A stretch of DNA of 18,003 nt from an uncultured bacterium (GCA_965662845.1 CBFIJD010000050.1:1-18003), one strand, 5' to 3'; numbered from the stretch's first letter, positions 1 through 8,280 are shown. Numbers and translations: made by a program. Notes: generated by a model from the sequence alone, not told the origin.

Positions 1-173
1 TTTTGTATGAATTCGCTTGCTTTTAATATTTCAATCCCCATTAGTTCACCCCTTTCATTCAACTCCGCTGTAATGTTAGGTGCTAGTTCACGAAATTCAG
101 ATTCGCGTCCTTCTTCAATAAGGATATGTAAGACATCCTCGTCAGAAAAATAATTCATTTTATATTTTGACAT
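1..173 (-). CDS. DUF2283-domain protein (putative antitoxin); 3' end runs off the window
   Basis: Not in the ORF track; translated by hand from the ATG at 173: MSKYKMNYFSDEDVLHILIEEGRESEFRELAPNITAELNERGELMGIEILKASEFIQ... This fits the DUF2283 pattern (Y..E.DVL.I ... G.L.GIEIL.AS). A GAGG RBS lies upstream and the start overlaps the end of the upstream gene. Confidence 0.85.
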   Translation of the reverse strand, partial: MSKYKMNYFSDEDVLHILIEEGRESEFRELAPNITAELNERGELMGIEILKASEFIQ

Positions 174-405
174 AGAACCTCTCTTCTTTCAGGTAGTATT
201 TTATTTGCTTACGTGAAGTTTGGTAAACTGTCACAGGGGTAATTGAGCCATCGGCCTCTAGGTCATACGCAACAATAATCAATTCATTGTCATGCTTTCC
301 GACTTTAATATCACGGCCAGAATGAATATCAAAATAAACTTCAGAAGATGTCCTTAAAACTAACTCGACTTTTTCTAGATTGTACTCTCTTACTTTCAGT
401 AGCAT
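160..405 (-). pseudogene. DUF4258-like small putative toxin, probably 5'-truncated, paired with DUF2283
   Basis: The C-terminal part of ORF 160..534 (LLKVREYNLEKVELVLRTSSEVYFD...VGKHDNELIIVAYD...ITPVTVYQTSRKQIKYYLKEERF) resembles the small RelE/BrnT-like proteins that precede DUF2283 genes. Its only ATG (403-405) lies inside the attC half-site, so the native start is probably lost. Confidence 0.55.
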
Positions 406-451
406 AGAAAATCGGCGCTTTTGCACGTACTCGTTGATAGCCTTGTTAGGC
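401..451 (-). mobile_element. Truncated integron attC site (left arm only)
   Basis: The minus strand reads GCCTAAC-AAGGCTATCAACGAGTACGTGCAAAAGCGCCGATTTTCTATGCT. The RYYYAAC inverse core contains the stop codon of the upstream gene, as is typical of cassettes. The complementary arm (TTTTGCACG...GTTRRRY) is absent. Confidence 0.65.
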
Positions 452-1012
452 GTTCTTGGACTGATGTGGCGATGCGTCTGCAAGCAGCACCTTTTTGCCC
501 GGATCGGGCAAGAACGAGAAAAGTTGTTCTGCACTTTCTAGTAATGACTGGATATCTTCAAACTCGTATACCTCATTCAGGATCAGTTTGCCGTCTACCG
601 AAACCAATGCGTCAATTACTGTGCTTTCCCATGACCTCTTGCACGGCCACGATTTAAGAACTACAGCAGTGGGCGCAGAAGTTCTGTGTTGTGATAGCCG
701 CACATTAACATCATCGGCGAAACCAAGCTTTACTCGCTTCGGATCAAGCTCGGGGACAAGTTGGATTATGTAGAAGAAACCTGCCTCATTCTGAACGGGC
801 TTGGCGGAGTCCAGGAAGCCTTGCTCGTTCCGCCGGTTCTTTATAAATTCCGCTTCGCTAGAGCTTACTGTGAGAGTGAGTTGCCCACCTGAATCGGGTG
901 TGCGGCGCTTCTGTGGCTTAACCCCCAGCCTTAGCACATAGCGCCGCGCGTGGGAGCGATCCATCCCCAGCTCGGTGGCAAGTGCTTTGAGTGAAACGAA
1001 TTCTTCGGACAT
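446..1012 (-). CDS. Gene cassette: N-terminal HTH-like DNA-binding domain fused to a GIY-YIG-like (T5orf172/MUG113-type) nuclease domain
   Basis: The N-terminus VSLKALATELGMDRSHARRYV is HTH-like. The C-terminal GFFYIIQ...VKLGFADDVNVRLSQH...W...E fits the GIY-YIG superfamily pattern (Y..; K.G......R...H; conserved E). The ATG lies about 10 nt after the core site and the stop is within GCCTAAC. Confidence 0.7.
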   Translation of the reverse strand: MSEEFVSLKALATELGMDRSHARRYVLRLGVKPQKRRTPDSGGQLTLTVSSSEAEFIKNRRNEQGFLDSAKPVQNEAGFFYIIQLVPELDPKRVKLGFADDVNVRLSQHRTSAPTAVVLKSWPCKRSWESTVIDALVSVDGKLILNEVYEFEDIQSLLESAEQLFSFLPDPGKKVLLADASPHQSKNA

Positions 1013-1021
1013 TGTTTATAC

Positions 1022-1079
1022 GCCTAATGACCAAGCTCACCAGCGACGATTAGCCGTCCGGTTGCATAACTTGTTGAAA
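1022..1079 (-). mobile_element. Degenerate integron attC site (58 bp)
   Basis: The minus strand reads TTTCAAC-AAGTTATGCAACCGGACGGCTAATCGTCGCTGGTGAGCTTGGTC-ATTAGGC. It has an AAC inverse core, an internal hairpin (ACCGG/CTGGT and GACG/CGTC), and a core ATTAGGC (GTTAGGC with G>A) complementary to GCCTAAC at 445-451. Confidence 0.75.
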
Positions 1080-1295
1080 ATTCTTGTTTTTTTAAATGTT
1101 TTATTCTTCTTTTTTATTTTTTCTTTGATCCCTTTTGCGAGGGACTTGACAGTATAATGTTCCTGCCATTCGTGACGTTCTTCTGTATAATTCTCACTTC
1201 CCATATCAAACTGATGTACGAAACGAATCAACTCAATAATTCCCAATTCCTTATAATTTAATTTGATGACATCTTTTCTTGTTTATAGTTTCCAT
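1037..1295 (-). pseudogene. Frameshifted small putative antitoxin downstream of a PIN toxin
   Basis: The ATG at 1295 (TAATG-coupled to the upstream stop, GAGG RBS) gives METIN and then a premature stop. A shifted frame continues RKDVIKLNYKELGIIELIRFVHQFDMGSENYTEERHEWQ, matching the ELG....RF..QFD.G.G.YT.ERH.W family found after PIN genes. The 3' end reads through into the attC site. Confidence 0.6.
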
Positions 1296-1363
1296 TATAA
1301 CACCTCTTCTATCCATTTTAGCGGGCTTTTAACTTCGATTTTGAGATTCAGATCAGACGAGAG
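1295..1363 (-). pseudogene. C-terminal remnant of a PIN-domain toxin
   Basis: Hand translation gives LSSDLNLKIEVKSPLKWIEEVL*, resembling the (I/V).V.NP..W..EV terminus of a PIN family. There is an in-frame TAG immediately upstream and no start codon. Confidence 0.5.
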
Positions 1364-1423
1364 CTATAACATTAAAAATGAGCAGCTCCTTAGGCGCCTG
1401 CTCCATTGCTTTTTTGGGCATTA

Positions 1424-1591
1424 TCATCGGTGGTGATGCTCGGCGTGCGAGAGGGTGCTGAGATCGGGGAGTTGTTCCATAAGAGCTCTATCGGCAGCCC
1501 AGCCACTTTCTCGAATCCTCAAGTAACTCGCCTCGGGAAGGCTGAACCGCCACTAGGCTGTTAGCGAAGTTTGGGGGGCCTGAACAGTTAC
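1424..1591 (-). mobile_element. Probable IS66-family (ISBst12-like) left-end relic
   Basis: The minus strand starts GTAACTGTTCAGGCCCCCC at 1591 (GTAA terminus typical of IS66). An ATG at 1480 encodes MEQLPDLSTLSHAE, like the LPDLS.LSHAEKDALI N-terminus of these transposases, and stops at 1424. Confidence 0.5.
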
Positions 1592-1798
1592 GCATCAACA
1601 CTTCAAGCTCAGCGCAAAACCATCCACGCAGGGTTCACGTCTTTGAAAAATCAGAGAGCAAGGCAGAACCCACAAAGTGAACAGGACGCGTCAAGCTGCT
1701 TGGACTTTGCGGCGGATTTGTTACGCTAATGCGCTCTGTCGATAAGCCGAGGCTTATCCATCCCTTCCTCAACTCTGAGAACAAGCGAGAGACATCGT

Positions 1799-2377
1799 AT
1801 GGAACACCAACTGCCCGCTCTGCCTTACGCCATGGACGCCTTGGCGCCCCACATTTCTGCTGAGACGCTCGAATTCCACTATGGCAAGCATCACCAGACC
1901 TATGTGACCAAGCTCAACGGTCTCATTCCTGGCACCGAGTTTGAGAATCTGTCCCTCGAAGACACCATCGCCAAGTCTGAAGGTGGCGTCTTCAACAACG
2001 CGGCCCAAGTTTGGAACCACACCTTCTACTGGAATTGCCTCAGCCCCAATGGCGGTGGTGAGCCCAATGACAAGCTGGCTGCAGCGATCAATGACTCGTT
2101 CGGCTCTTTCGCGGATTTTAAGGAGCAGTTCACCGCCTCTGCCGTCAATAACTTCGGTTCCGGTTGGACTTGGTTGGTCCAAAACAGCGACGGTAAGCTC
2201 GCGTTGAGCAACACCAGCAACGCCGCCACCCCTCTCACCGGCGACAGCAAGCCGTTGCTAACCTGCGATGTGTGGGAGCACGCCTACTACATCGACTACC
2301 GCAACGCGCGCCCCAAGTACCTCGAAGCCTTCTGGAACCTGGTCAACTGGGACTTTGCAACGCAGAACATGGCGTAA
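1799..2377 (+). CDS. sodB: Superoxide dismutase [Fe]
   Basis: LPALPY start, [20 protein letters not shown] (the AAQ signature of Fe-SOD), FGSGWTWL and DVWEHAYY motifs. Confidence 0.97.
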   Translation: MEHQLPALPYAMDALAPHISAETLEFHYGKHHQTYVTKLNGLIPGTEFENLSLEDTIAKSEGGVFNNAAQVWNHTFYWNCLSPNGGGEPNDKLAAAINDSFGSFADFKEQFTASAVNNFGSGWTWLVQNSDGKLALSNTSNAATPLTGDSKPLLTCDVWEHAYYIDYRNARPKYLEAFWNLVNWDFATQNMA

Positions 2378-2396
2378 CGCCCCCTTCGTCTGGTGA

Positions 2397-4433
2397 CTAA
2401 CGTCCTGCCCCTTGCGTGGGTGGGGCGCTTCCCTCCTGCCCTTGCGCCACCTGTGCGACTCGCCTGACTTTCTCTGGTTCCCCAATCAAAAAGAGCTCAT
2501 CCGCTGCGCAGAGCGTGGTCTCCGCCCTCAAATCCAGGCGCATCTCCCCTGCGCGCCGCACGGCCACGAGATTCACCCCAAAGTGCGCACGCAACGCGAT
2601 GTCTTGTAACGAGCGCCCAATCCAAGGCGCAGCCTCAGCAAGCACCACATTCGTGATTTGCAGATTGTGATCGCGCACCGGCTGGCCCACCGCGCTCGGC
2701 AACTTGTCTGGATCTTGACGCAAGAGCCCATAACCATCCGCGCGCAGTTGATCCACAAACTCGTCAATCTCTGCCCGTGGAATCAAATATTGTGTCAAGA
2801 CGCGGTCAAAGATCTCCAGCGCGGTCTCGAACTCTTCAGGGACGACTTCATTCGCGCCGAGCTCGAGGAGGGGGTCGACCTCACGGACGTAGCGTGTGCG
2901 CACGATCAGGTGTGCGCTGGGATTCAGCTCTCGCACCAGCCCCACAATGCGACGTGTCGCGGTCGCTTCGGCAATCACGACGACGACCGTCCGTGCATGC
3001 GGCACCCGCACTCGCTCTAAGACGGCTTTCTGGGTCGCGTCGCCATAGACGACAGGTTCCCCGCGCAGCTGCTCCTGCTGCACCGAGTCGGGATTGGTCT
3101 CCAGCACCACATAGGGCACCTGGGCTTTCTTGGCAGCGCGCGCCACGTTGCGTCCGTTCAGGCCATAACCGACGATCACGAGGTGATCTTGCAGAGTGGG
3201 CGCCTGCTCGCTGATCTGCATGCTCAAACTGCGATAGAGCCCCACGCGCAAACGCTCAGGCCACGGCAGCTGCAACAACCAGCCAGCCAGCCGTCCTGCC
3301 GCTGCAATCAGGAACGACGTCAGCGTCATGGTGAGCACAATCACCGTCAAGATCAGCTGCTGCGCGTCAGGCTCCAAGAGCTGTTCTCGGATGCCAGCTG
3401 CGTTGACGACAATCGCAAATTCTCCCACTTGACTCAGCCCAAAGCCTGCCAAGAGACAAACCCGCAATGGCAGCCCTAACAACACGGCGGTGAGCACGAC
3501 AACGCCAAACTTCAGTAGCAAAATGCTGCTCGTCGCTACGAAGACGAGGAGCGGATTTGCCAGCAGATAGCCCATGTCTAACAACATGCCCGCCGACACG
3601 AAGAAGATGCTGGTGAAAATGTCACGGAACGGCAGAACGTGCTCAAAGGCTTCGTGACTATATTCGGACTCCGAGATGATCAGTCCGGCGAGAAAGGCTC
3701 CCAGCGCGAGGGAAATGCCCAGCTCAGAGGTGCCCCAAGCCACGGTGAAACAGATGCTCACGATGCTCAACAAAAACAGCTCTGGGCTCCGCGTCGCGAC
3801 TACCCGATGCAGCACCTGTGGCAAGACATACTGCGACATGATCCAGACTCCTGCGGGGATGCCGAGCCCAATCAAGAGCAACAGCCCAATGCTCGCGGCG
3901 TCTGCTTCCAGCTCTGCGCCACCGAGTACCGGCACAAACAAGATCATCAACACCGCGACCATGTCCTGAAAAATCAAGATGCCCAACGCGAGGCGCCCCT
4001 GCATGGTCTCCATCTCGCCCCGCTCTTGATAGAGCTTGAGCACAATCGCCGTGCTGCTCAAAGAGAGCAACATGCCCAGAAAGATGGCTTCGCTGACTGA
4101 CCACCCCAACACGTGATGCGCAACGAACGCAGCCGTGGCTAGCGTCACGCCCACTTGCAGAAGCCCTCCCACCAGCACCAACACACGAATTTGCCACAAC
4201 TTCTTGAGCGAGAACTCAATACCGATGGAAAAGAGCAACAAAATCACGCCAATCTCGGCCATCACTTCCACCTCGTGGATGGCATGAATCAGCCCGAGGC
4301 CTTGCGGGCCCACCAGCATGCCGGTGAGGAGCAATCCGACCAGTACCGGCAGGTTGGCCTGTTTGCAGATGTAGATCACAACAACAGAGAGCCCAAAAAT
4401 GATGACGAGGTCGCTGAGTAAGGGAATGTGCAT
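2397..4433 (-). CDS. Monovalent cation:proton antiporter-2 (CPA2, Kef/YbaL-like) with TrkA_N and TrkA_C domains
   Basis: About 12-13 hydrophobic segments with LSSTAIV, FQD and LGAFLAG motifs. The Rossmann motif IVGYGLNG and YGDAT mark the TrkA_N domain, followed by a C-terminal RCK_C domain (IGRSLQDIALRAHFGVNLVAVRR). Confidence 0.93.
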   Translation of the reverse strand: MHIPLLSDLVIIFGLSVVVIYICKQANLPVLVGLLLTGMLVGPQGLGLIHAIHEVEVMAEIGVILLLFSIGIEFSLKKLWQIRVLVLVGGLLQVGVTLATAAFVAHHVLGWSVSEAIFLGMLLSLSSTAIVLKLYQERGEMETMQGRLALGILIFQDMVAVLMILFVPVLGGAELEADAASIGLLLLIGLGIPAGVWIMSQYVLPQVLHRVVATRSPELFLLSIVSICFTVAWGTSELGISLALGAFLAGLIISESEYSHEAFEHVLPFRDIFTSIFFVSAGMLLDMGYLLANPLLVFVATSSILLLKFGVVVLTAVLLGLPLRVCLLAGFGLSQVGEFAIVVNAAGIREQLLEPDAQQLILTVIVLTMTLTSFLIAAAGRLAGWLLQLPWPERLRVGLYRSLSMQISEQAPTLQDHLVIVGYGLNGRNVARAAKKAQVPYVVLETNPDSVQQEQLRGEPVVYGDATQKAVLERVRVPHARTVVVVIAEATATRRIVGLVRELNPSAHLIVRTRYVREVDPLLELGANEVVPEEFETALEIFDRVLTQYLIPRAEIDEFVDQLRADGYGLLRQDPDKLPSAVGQPVRDHNLQITNVVLAEAAPWIGRSLQDIALRAHFGVNLVAVRRAGEMRLDLRAETTLCAADELFLIGEPEKVRRVAQVAQGQEGSAPPTQGAGR

Positions 4434-4556
4434 AATTTGTTTGTAGATTCAGATCGATGATGAGGAATCGGTTGGCGCGGCCGCCCGTCCGACGAGCCAA
4501 GCGGAGAACATCTCCTCCCTACCCGCCGTTGGTTCGGGATCAGCAACCAACTTTGT

Positions 4557-4585
4557 TTGTCTTTGCTACGGAGCCTTGGTATCCT
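4557..4585 (+). promoter_or_regulatory. Putative sigma70 promoter of the DtxR-family gene
   Basis: TTGTCT (4557-4562), a 17-nt spacer, and TATCCT (4580-4585) with an extended -10 TG. Confidence 0.4.
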
Positions 4586-4624
4586 TAATTTCCTTCCGTA
4601 AGTTTACCTACTTTGGAAATCACT

Positions 4625-5293
4625 ATGCCTGACAAGCACTCCGTTGTTGTTGAAGAATACTTACTGACCCTCTACCAACTGCGCGAAGCCGGCGAACGCC
4701 TCAAGGCGGTGACCCTCACGCAGCGCTTGAAAACGAGCGCTCCCACCGTCCACGCGACGCTGCAGCGCCTCCAGCGTGACGACCTCATTGTGCTCGACAA
4801 ACGGAAAGAGATCCGCCTCACCGAGAGTGGGGAGCAGCTCGCCCGTGACATCGCGTTTCGTCACAATCTAGCAGAATACTTTCTGTGCAACACGCTCGGC
4901 ATCCCTTGGTACGAAGTTCACAAGCACGCTCACCAGCTAGAGCACGCCATGACACCTGTCGTCGTCGCGAAGCTCGCTGCGTTTTTAGACTATCCCAACC
5001 GCTGTCCTCACGGCACTCCGATGCCAGGACACTCCCTCCCTGAGAACAGCTTCACGCTCGACAAAGCCCAAGAAGGCGCGACCGTCGAGATCACAATGAT
5101 CGCCGAAGAACTCGAAGAGTCCGAAGAGCTGCTCAAGATCCTGCACGACCAACAAGTCATGCCCGGACAGCGACACCAAATCGTTGCTCGCGCGGACGTG
5201 ATGAGCTCCATGACCTTGCAGCAAAATACCCAACAAGCCATTCTCCCTTTCCACGTTGCTGACAAGATTTATGTGGTTCCAGTCGAAAGCTAA
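4625..5293 (+). CDS. DtxR/MntR-family metal-dependent transcriptional regulator with C-terminal FeoA-like domain
   Basis: EEYL..LY, HTH SAPTVHATLQRL, RH.LAE.FL, AHQLEHAM and PNRCPHGTPMP motifs. Start is ATG 4625; alternative TTG 4613. Confidence 0.93.
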   Translation: MPDKHSVVVEEYLLTLYQLREAGERLKAVTLTQRLKTSAPTVHATLQRLQRDDLIVLDKRKEIRLTESGEQLARDIAFRHNLAEYFLCNTLGIPWYEVHKHAHQLEHAMTPVVVAKLAAFLDYPNRCPHGTPMPGHSLPENSFTLDKAQEGATVEITMIAEELEESEELLKILHDQQVMPGQRHQIVARADVMSSMTLQQNTQQAILPFHVADKIYVVPVES

Positions 5294-6470
5294 GCGCCCG
5301 CCCATCCCCGTCGAGAACAATTCGTTGCAACACGCCCAAGTGTTCCACACCTTGCACGAGATCCCTGCTGAGCAGTGGAATCGGCTCACAGGCGACTCCT
5401 TTCCGTTTGCCGAGCACGCTTACTTGCTCGCGCTGGAAGACGGCCGCTGCGTCGGCACCGACCCCGGCTGGGAGCCCCGCTACCTCACACTGTGGAAAGG
5501 CGATCATCTTGTGGGCGCGACATATCTCTATCGCAAGATGAACAGCAACGGAGAATACATCTTTGATTGGGACTGGGCCAACGCCTATCACCGCTACGGC
5601 TATCCTTACTTTCCTAAGCTGACGTCAGCCGTGCCCTTCACCCCCGCGACCGGCCCCAAACTGCTCGTCCACTCCGACGCAGAGCACACCAAGGCTCTTC
5701 AACTCGAGCTCGTGAAGCAGGCGCTCCATCTCATGCGCCAAGAAGAGTGCTCCTCGCTACACTTCTTGTTCATTCCCGAAGACGAAGTCGCGATCTTTGA
5801 AGAGGCAGGGATGCTCATTCGTCACAGCTTCCAGTTTCATTGGCAAAATCCGGGTTACTCCCACTTTGAAGAGTTCCTCGCTGCGCTCAAGAGCAAACGA
5901 CGCAAAGAGATCCTGCGAGAGCGACGGCAGGTCAAGGAACAAGGACTGGACATCGAACTCCTCACCGGAGCAGACATTCAGCCCGAACATTGCCAGGTGA
6001 TGTATCAGCTCTATCTGACCACCATCGACAAAAAATGGGCGATCCCCTATCTGTCGTTTGAGTTTTTTCAGCAGGTATTTCGCAGTTTGTCAGGACAAGT
6101 TGTGCTGCTGCTCGCGCGCAAAGAGGGAGAGGTCGTGGCGGGCACCATCAACTATCATAAAGGGGAGCATCTCTATGGACGCTATTGGGGATGCTTGGAG
6201 GACTTTCGCAGCCTGCACTTCGAGCTTTGCTACTATCGCCTGATCGAATATGCCATTGAGCAGGGCATCACCCGTTTTGAAGCCGGCGCTCAGGGCGCGC
6301 ACAAAATTCAGCGTGGGTTTCTGCCCAATTTGACGTATAGCGCCCACTGGATCGAGCACCCCTCGTTTCGGCGCGCCATCGCCGATTTCATTGAAGACGA
6401 AAAGAAGTCCATCCAGAAGAACGTCGCTGACAATCCTGAGCTTTCCCCCTTCAAGCAACCTTCCTGCTGA
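5271..6470 (+). CDS. GNAT-superfamily FemAB-like (DUF482) protein
   Basis: GEYIFDWDWANAY, PKLTSAVPFTPATG, LYGRYWG, LHFELCYY and FEAGAQGAHK..RGF motifs. Start uncertain (ATG 5271 or TTG 5325). Confidence 0.9.
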   Translation: MWFQSKAKRPPIPVENNSLQHAQVFHTLHEIPAEQWNRLTGDSFPFAEHAYLLALEDGRCVGTDPGWEPRYLTLWKGDHLVGATYLYRKMNSNGEYIFDWDWANAYHRYGYPYFPKLTSAVPFTPATGPKLLVHSDAEHTKALQLELVKQALHLMRQEECSSLHFLFIPEDEVAIFEEAGMLIRHSFQFHWQNPGYSHFEEFLAALKSKRRKEILRERRQVKEQGLDIELLTGADIQPEHCQVMYQLYLTTIDKKWAIPYLSFEFFQQVFRSLSGQVVLLLARKEGEVVAGTINYHKGEHLYGRYWGCLEDFRSLHFELCYYRLIEYAIEQGITRFEAGAQGAHKIQRGFLPNLTYSAHWIEHPSFRRAIADFIEDEKKSIQKNVADNPELSPFKQPSC

Positions 6471-6472
6471 TC

Positions 6473-7537
6473 TCAGCTCCAGCGCAAGAGCGCCGCCTCG
6501 GCACAGAAGCCCGGCCCCATGGAGAGCATCACGCCTGCGTCTCCTGCCGCACCGACCTCGTCCCGCAGCCACTCCTCTAAAATAATCAACACCGACGTGG
6601 ATGACAGGTTCCCGATTTCCGCCAAGCTCCGACGTGTGCGCTCCAAGGCGTGCTGCGGGAGCCCCAAGCCTTCTTCCAAGGCATCAATCACTTTGGGGCC
6701 ACCCGGATGGCTGACCCAATGCGCGATGTCTGACAAGCTCAGCCCGTGGGTTTGCAGGAAGGCCCGCAGCGGCTCAGGCAGGTGGGTTTTGGTGTAATGA
6801 GGAACGCCTGGCGAGAGCACAATTTTGAGACCAGAGCTGGTCACTTCCCAGCCCATCACCTCCTCGGAATCTGGGAAAAACACGGAGCATGCGTCTCGCA
6901 CTTCCAGAGGAGCTTGAGCAGCTAGCGGATGCGCATCCCCCACCAGCAGAGCTGCGGCAGCGCCGTCCCCAAAGAGCCCGCTCGCGACCAAATTTGCGAC
7001 GGAGAGGTCGTTTTTCTGCAGCGTCAGCGAGCACAGCTCTACCGAGAGCAACAACGCGGCCTGTTGAGGATAGGCGCGCAAATAATCCGCACAACGCGCG
7101 ATGCCCGCAGTTCCGGCCAAGCACCCCAGCCCGAAGAGCGGCACGCGGCGCGTGTTGGACGCAAACGGCAAGCGGTTCATCAGGCGGGCTTCCAACGAAG
7201 GCACCGCGATGCCCGTCACTGTGGTGCTCATCAACAGGTGAACCTCTGCGGCGGCAAGCTGCACTTCCTTGAGCAGCTTCGTCACGACGTGCTCTGCGAG
7301 TTGGAGCGCTTCGCGCTGCCAGACGTCGTTTGTGCGGGTGAAGCTGTCAAACTGGTAATATTCCGCGATCGGCCGCGCCAGATAACGACCGCGCACCTGA
7401 ACATTGCGCTGAATTCGATCAAAAATGGCTTCGTCAAGACCTTGGTGTCGCCAAGCGAGGCGCAGGGCCTCGCGGAGTTCTTCTTGTGAGCTATAGTAGG
7501 GGGGAAACGCGTGGGCGAGCGCCACGATGTGAGGCAT
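6473..7537 (-). CDS. Type III polyketide synthase (chalcone/stilbene synthase family)
   Basis: Catalytic triad contexts FGLGCLAG (Cys), SHPGGPKV (His) and IGNLSS (Asn), plus ELCSL, LFGDGAAA and MGPGFCAE. Likely start is the ATG at 7537. Confidence 0.95.
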   Translation of the reverse strand: MPHIVALAHAFPPYYSSQEELREALRLAWRHQGLDEAIFDRIQRNVQVRGRYLARPIAEYYQFDSFTRTNDVWQREALQLAEHVVTKLLKEVQLAAAEVHLLMSTTVTGIAVPSLEARLMNRLPFASNTRRVPLFGLGCLAGTAGIARCADYLRAYPQQAALLLSVELCSLTLQKNDLSVANLVASGLFGDGAAAALLVGDAHPLAAQAPLEVRDACSVFFPDSEEVMGWEVTSSGLKIVLSPGVPHYTKTHLPEPLRAFLQTHGLSLSDIAHWVSHPGGPKVIDALEEGLGLPQHALERTRRSLAEIGNLSSTSVLIILEEWLRDEVGAAGDAGVMLSMGPGFCAEAALLRWS

Positions 7538-7547
7538 GCGGGGGGGC

Positions 7548-7835
7548 TTATTTTTTCGTCTGAATCTTTCGGCCGTTGTCACGCTCTAGGTTATACACCT
7601 GCGGCTTGCGCACGTAGCGCAAAAAGTCGTAGCCATCTTCTTCGGGGAGCTCGAGCACCTCATATTCTTCGTGCCCTGGATCAATGTACTCATGATGCAT
7701 GCGCCACTGATATTTGGTGTCATCCAGTTCATTGCGGATGATCCATTCCTCGACCTCTTCTTGAGTCCCCTCGACGTAGATTTCTTTTTTCAGCAGAACG
7801 AGTTGCCGCTTTTGCACGATGCAAACTTTGGCCAT
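7548..7835 (-). CDS. Hypothetical protein (95 aa, acidic)
   Basis: Starts MAKVCIVQKRQ... with a GGAG RBS before the ATG at 7835. It ends 10 nt upstream of the PKS start. The longer N-terminus in the ORF track looks non-coding. Confidence 0.7.
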   Translation of the reverse strand: MAKVCIVQKRQLVLLKKEIYVEGTQEEVEEWIIRNELDDTKYQWRMHHEYIDPGHEEYEVLELPEEDGYDFLRYVRKPQVYNLERDNGRKIQTKK

Positions 7836-8251
7836 GATGAACTCCGGTTGGTCTGGGTTGGAAGAGGCGGCGCGAAGCAGAGGTTTTGTTGGGCGTTCAT
7901 GCGGTGCGGGCTCTCTGAAAAGAGCGTGGCACAAAAGTGGCCGCCACCATAACGGAAAAGGACTACCCCCGCAAGACGGTTCCATTCACAAAATTTGTCG
8001 CTCCAAGCCCACGCCTTAGAGAATGTTCCGCATCTCCTCATCGCGCTCGCGAGCGGCCCGGCTCCGCCCAAACGAGCGTTGCCCAACCTCTCCTCACGCA
8101 ACCTGTTGACCACTGCAAGCCGCCCCCAGCGGCCAAATCGAAGGGACTCCACCTGAGCCCGACTCCTGCACATCTCGAGAACGCGAGGCCCCGTCGCGAT
8201 CCTCGCAGACAGAGCGTCTGCCTTCACTTTCTGAAAAAACAGCAGAAATCA

Positions 8252-8280
8252 TTTTCATTTTTTCTACAAGTCACTACAAT
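8252..8280 (+). promoter_or_regulatory. Putative sigma70 promoter for the 56-aa protein gene
   Basis: TTTTCA, a 17-nt spacer and TACAAT, in an AT-rich patch 35 nt before the ATG. Confidence 0.4.

Noticed and set aside
406..534. N-terminal extension of ORF 160..534
   Set aside because: It overlaps the 3' end of the GIY-YIG-like gene in another frame and crosses the attC arm, so it is not a plausible coding start.
1392..1437. Minus-strand peptide ITTDD resembling the PIN-domain TTDD motif
   Set aside because: It is too short, out of frame with the PIN tail and at an inconsistent distance, so it may be chance.
1600..1798. Fur or DtxR box upstream of sodB
   Set aside because: No convincing AT-rich 19-bp palindrome is visible.
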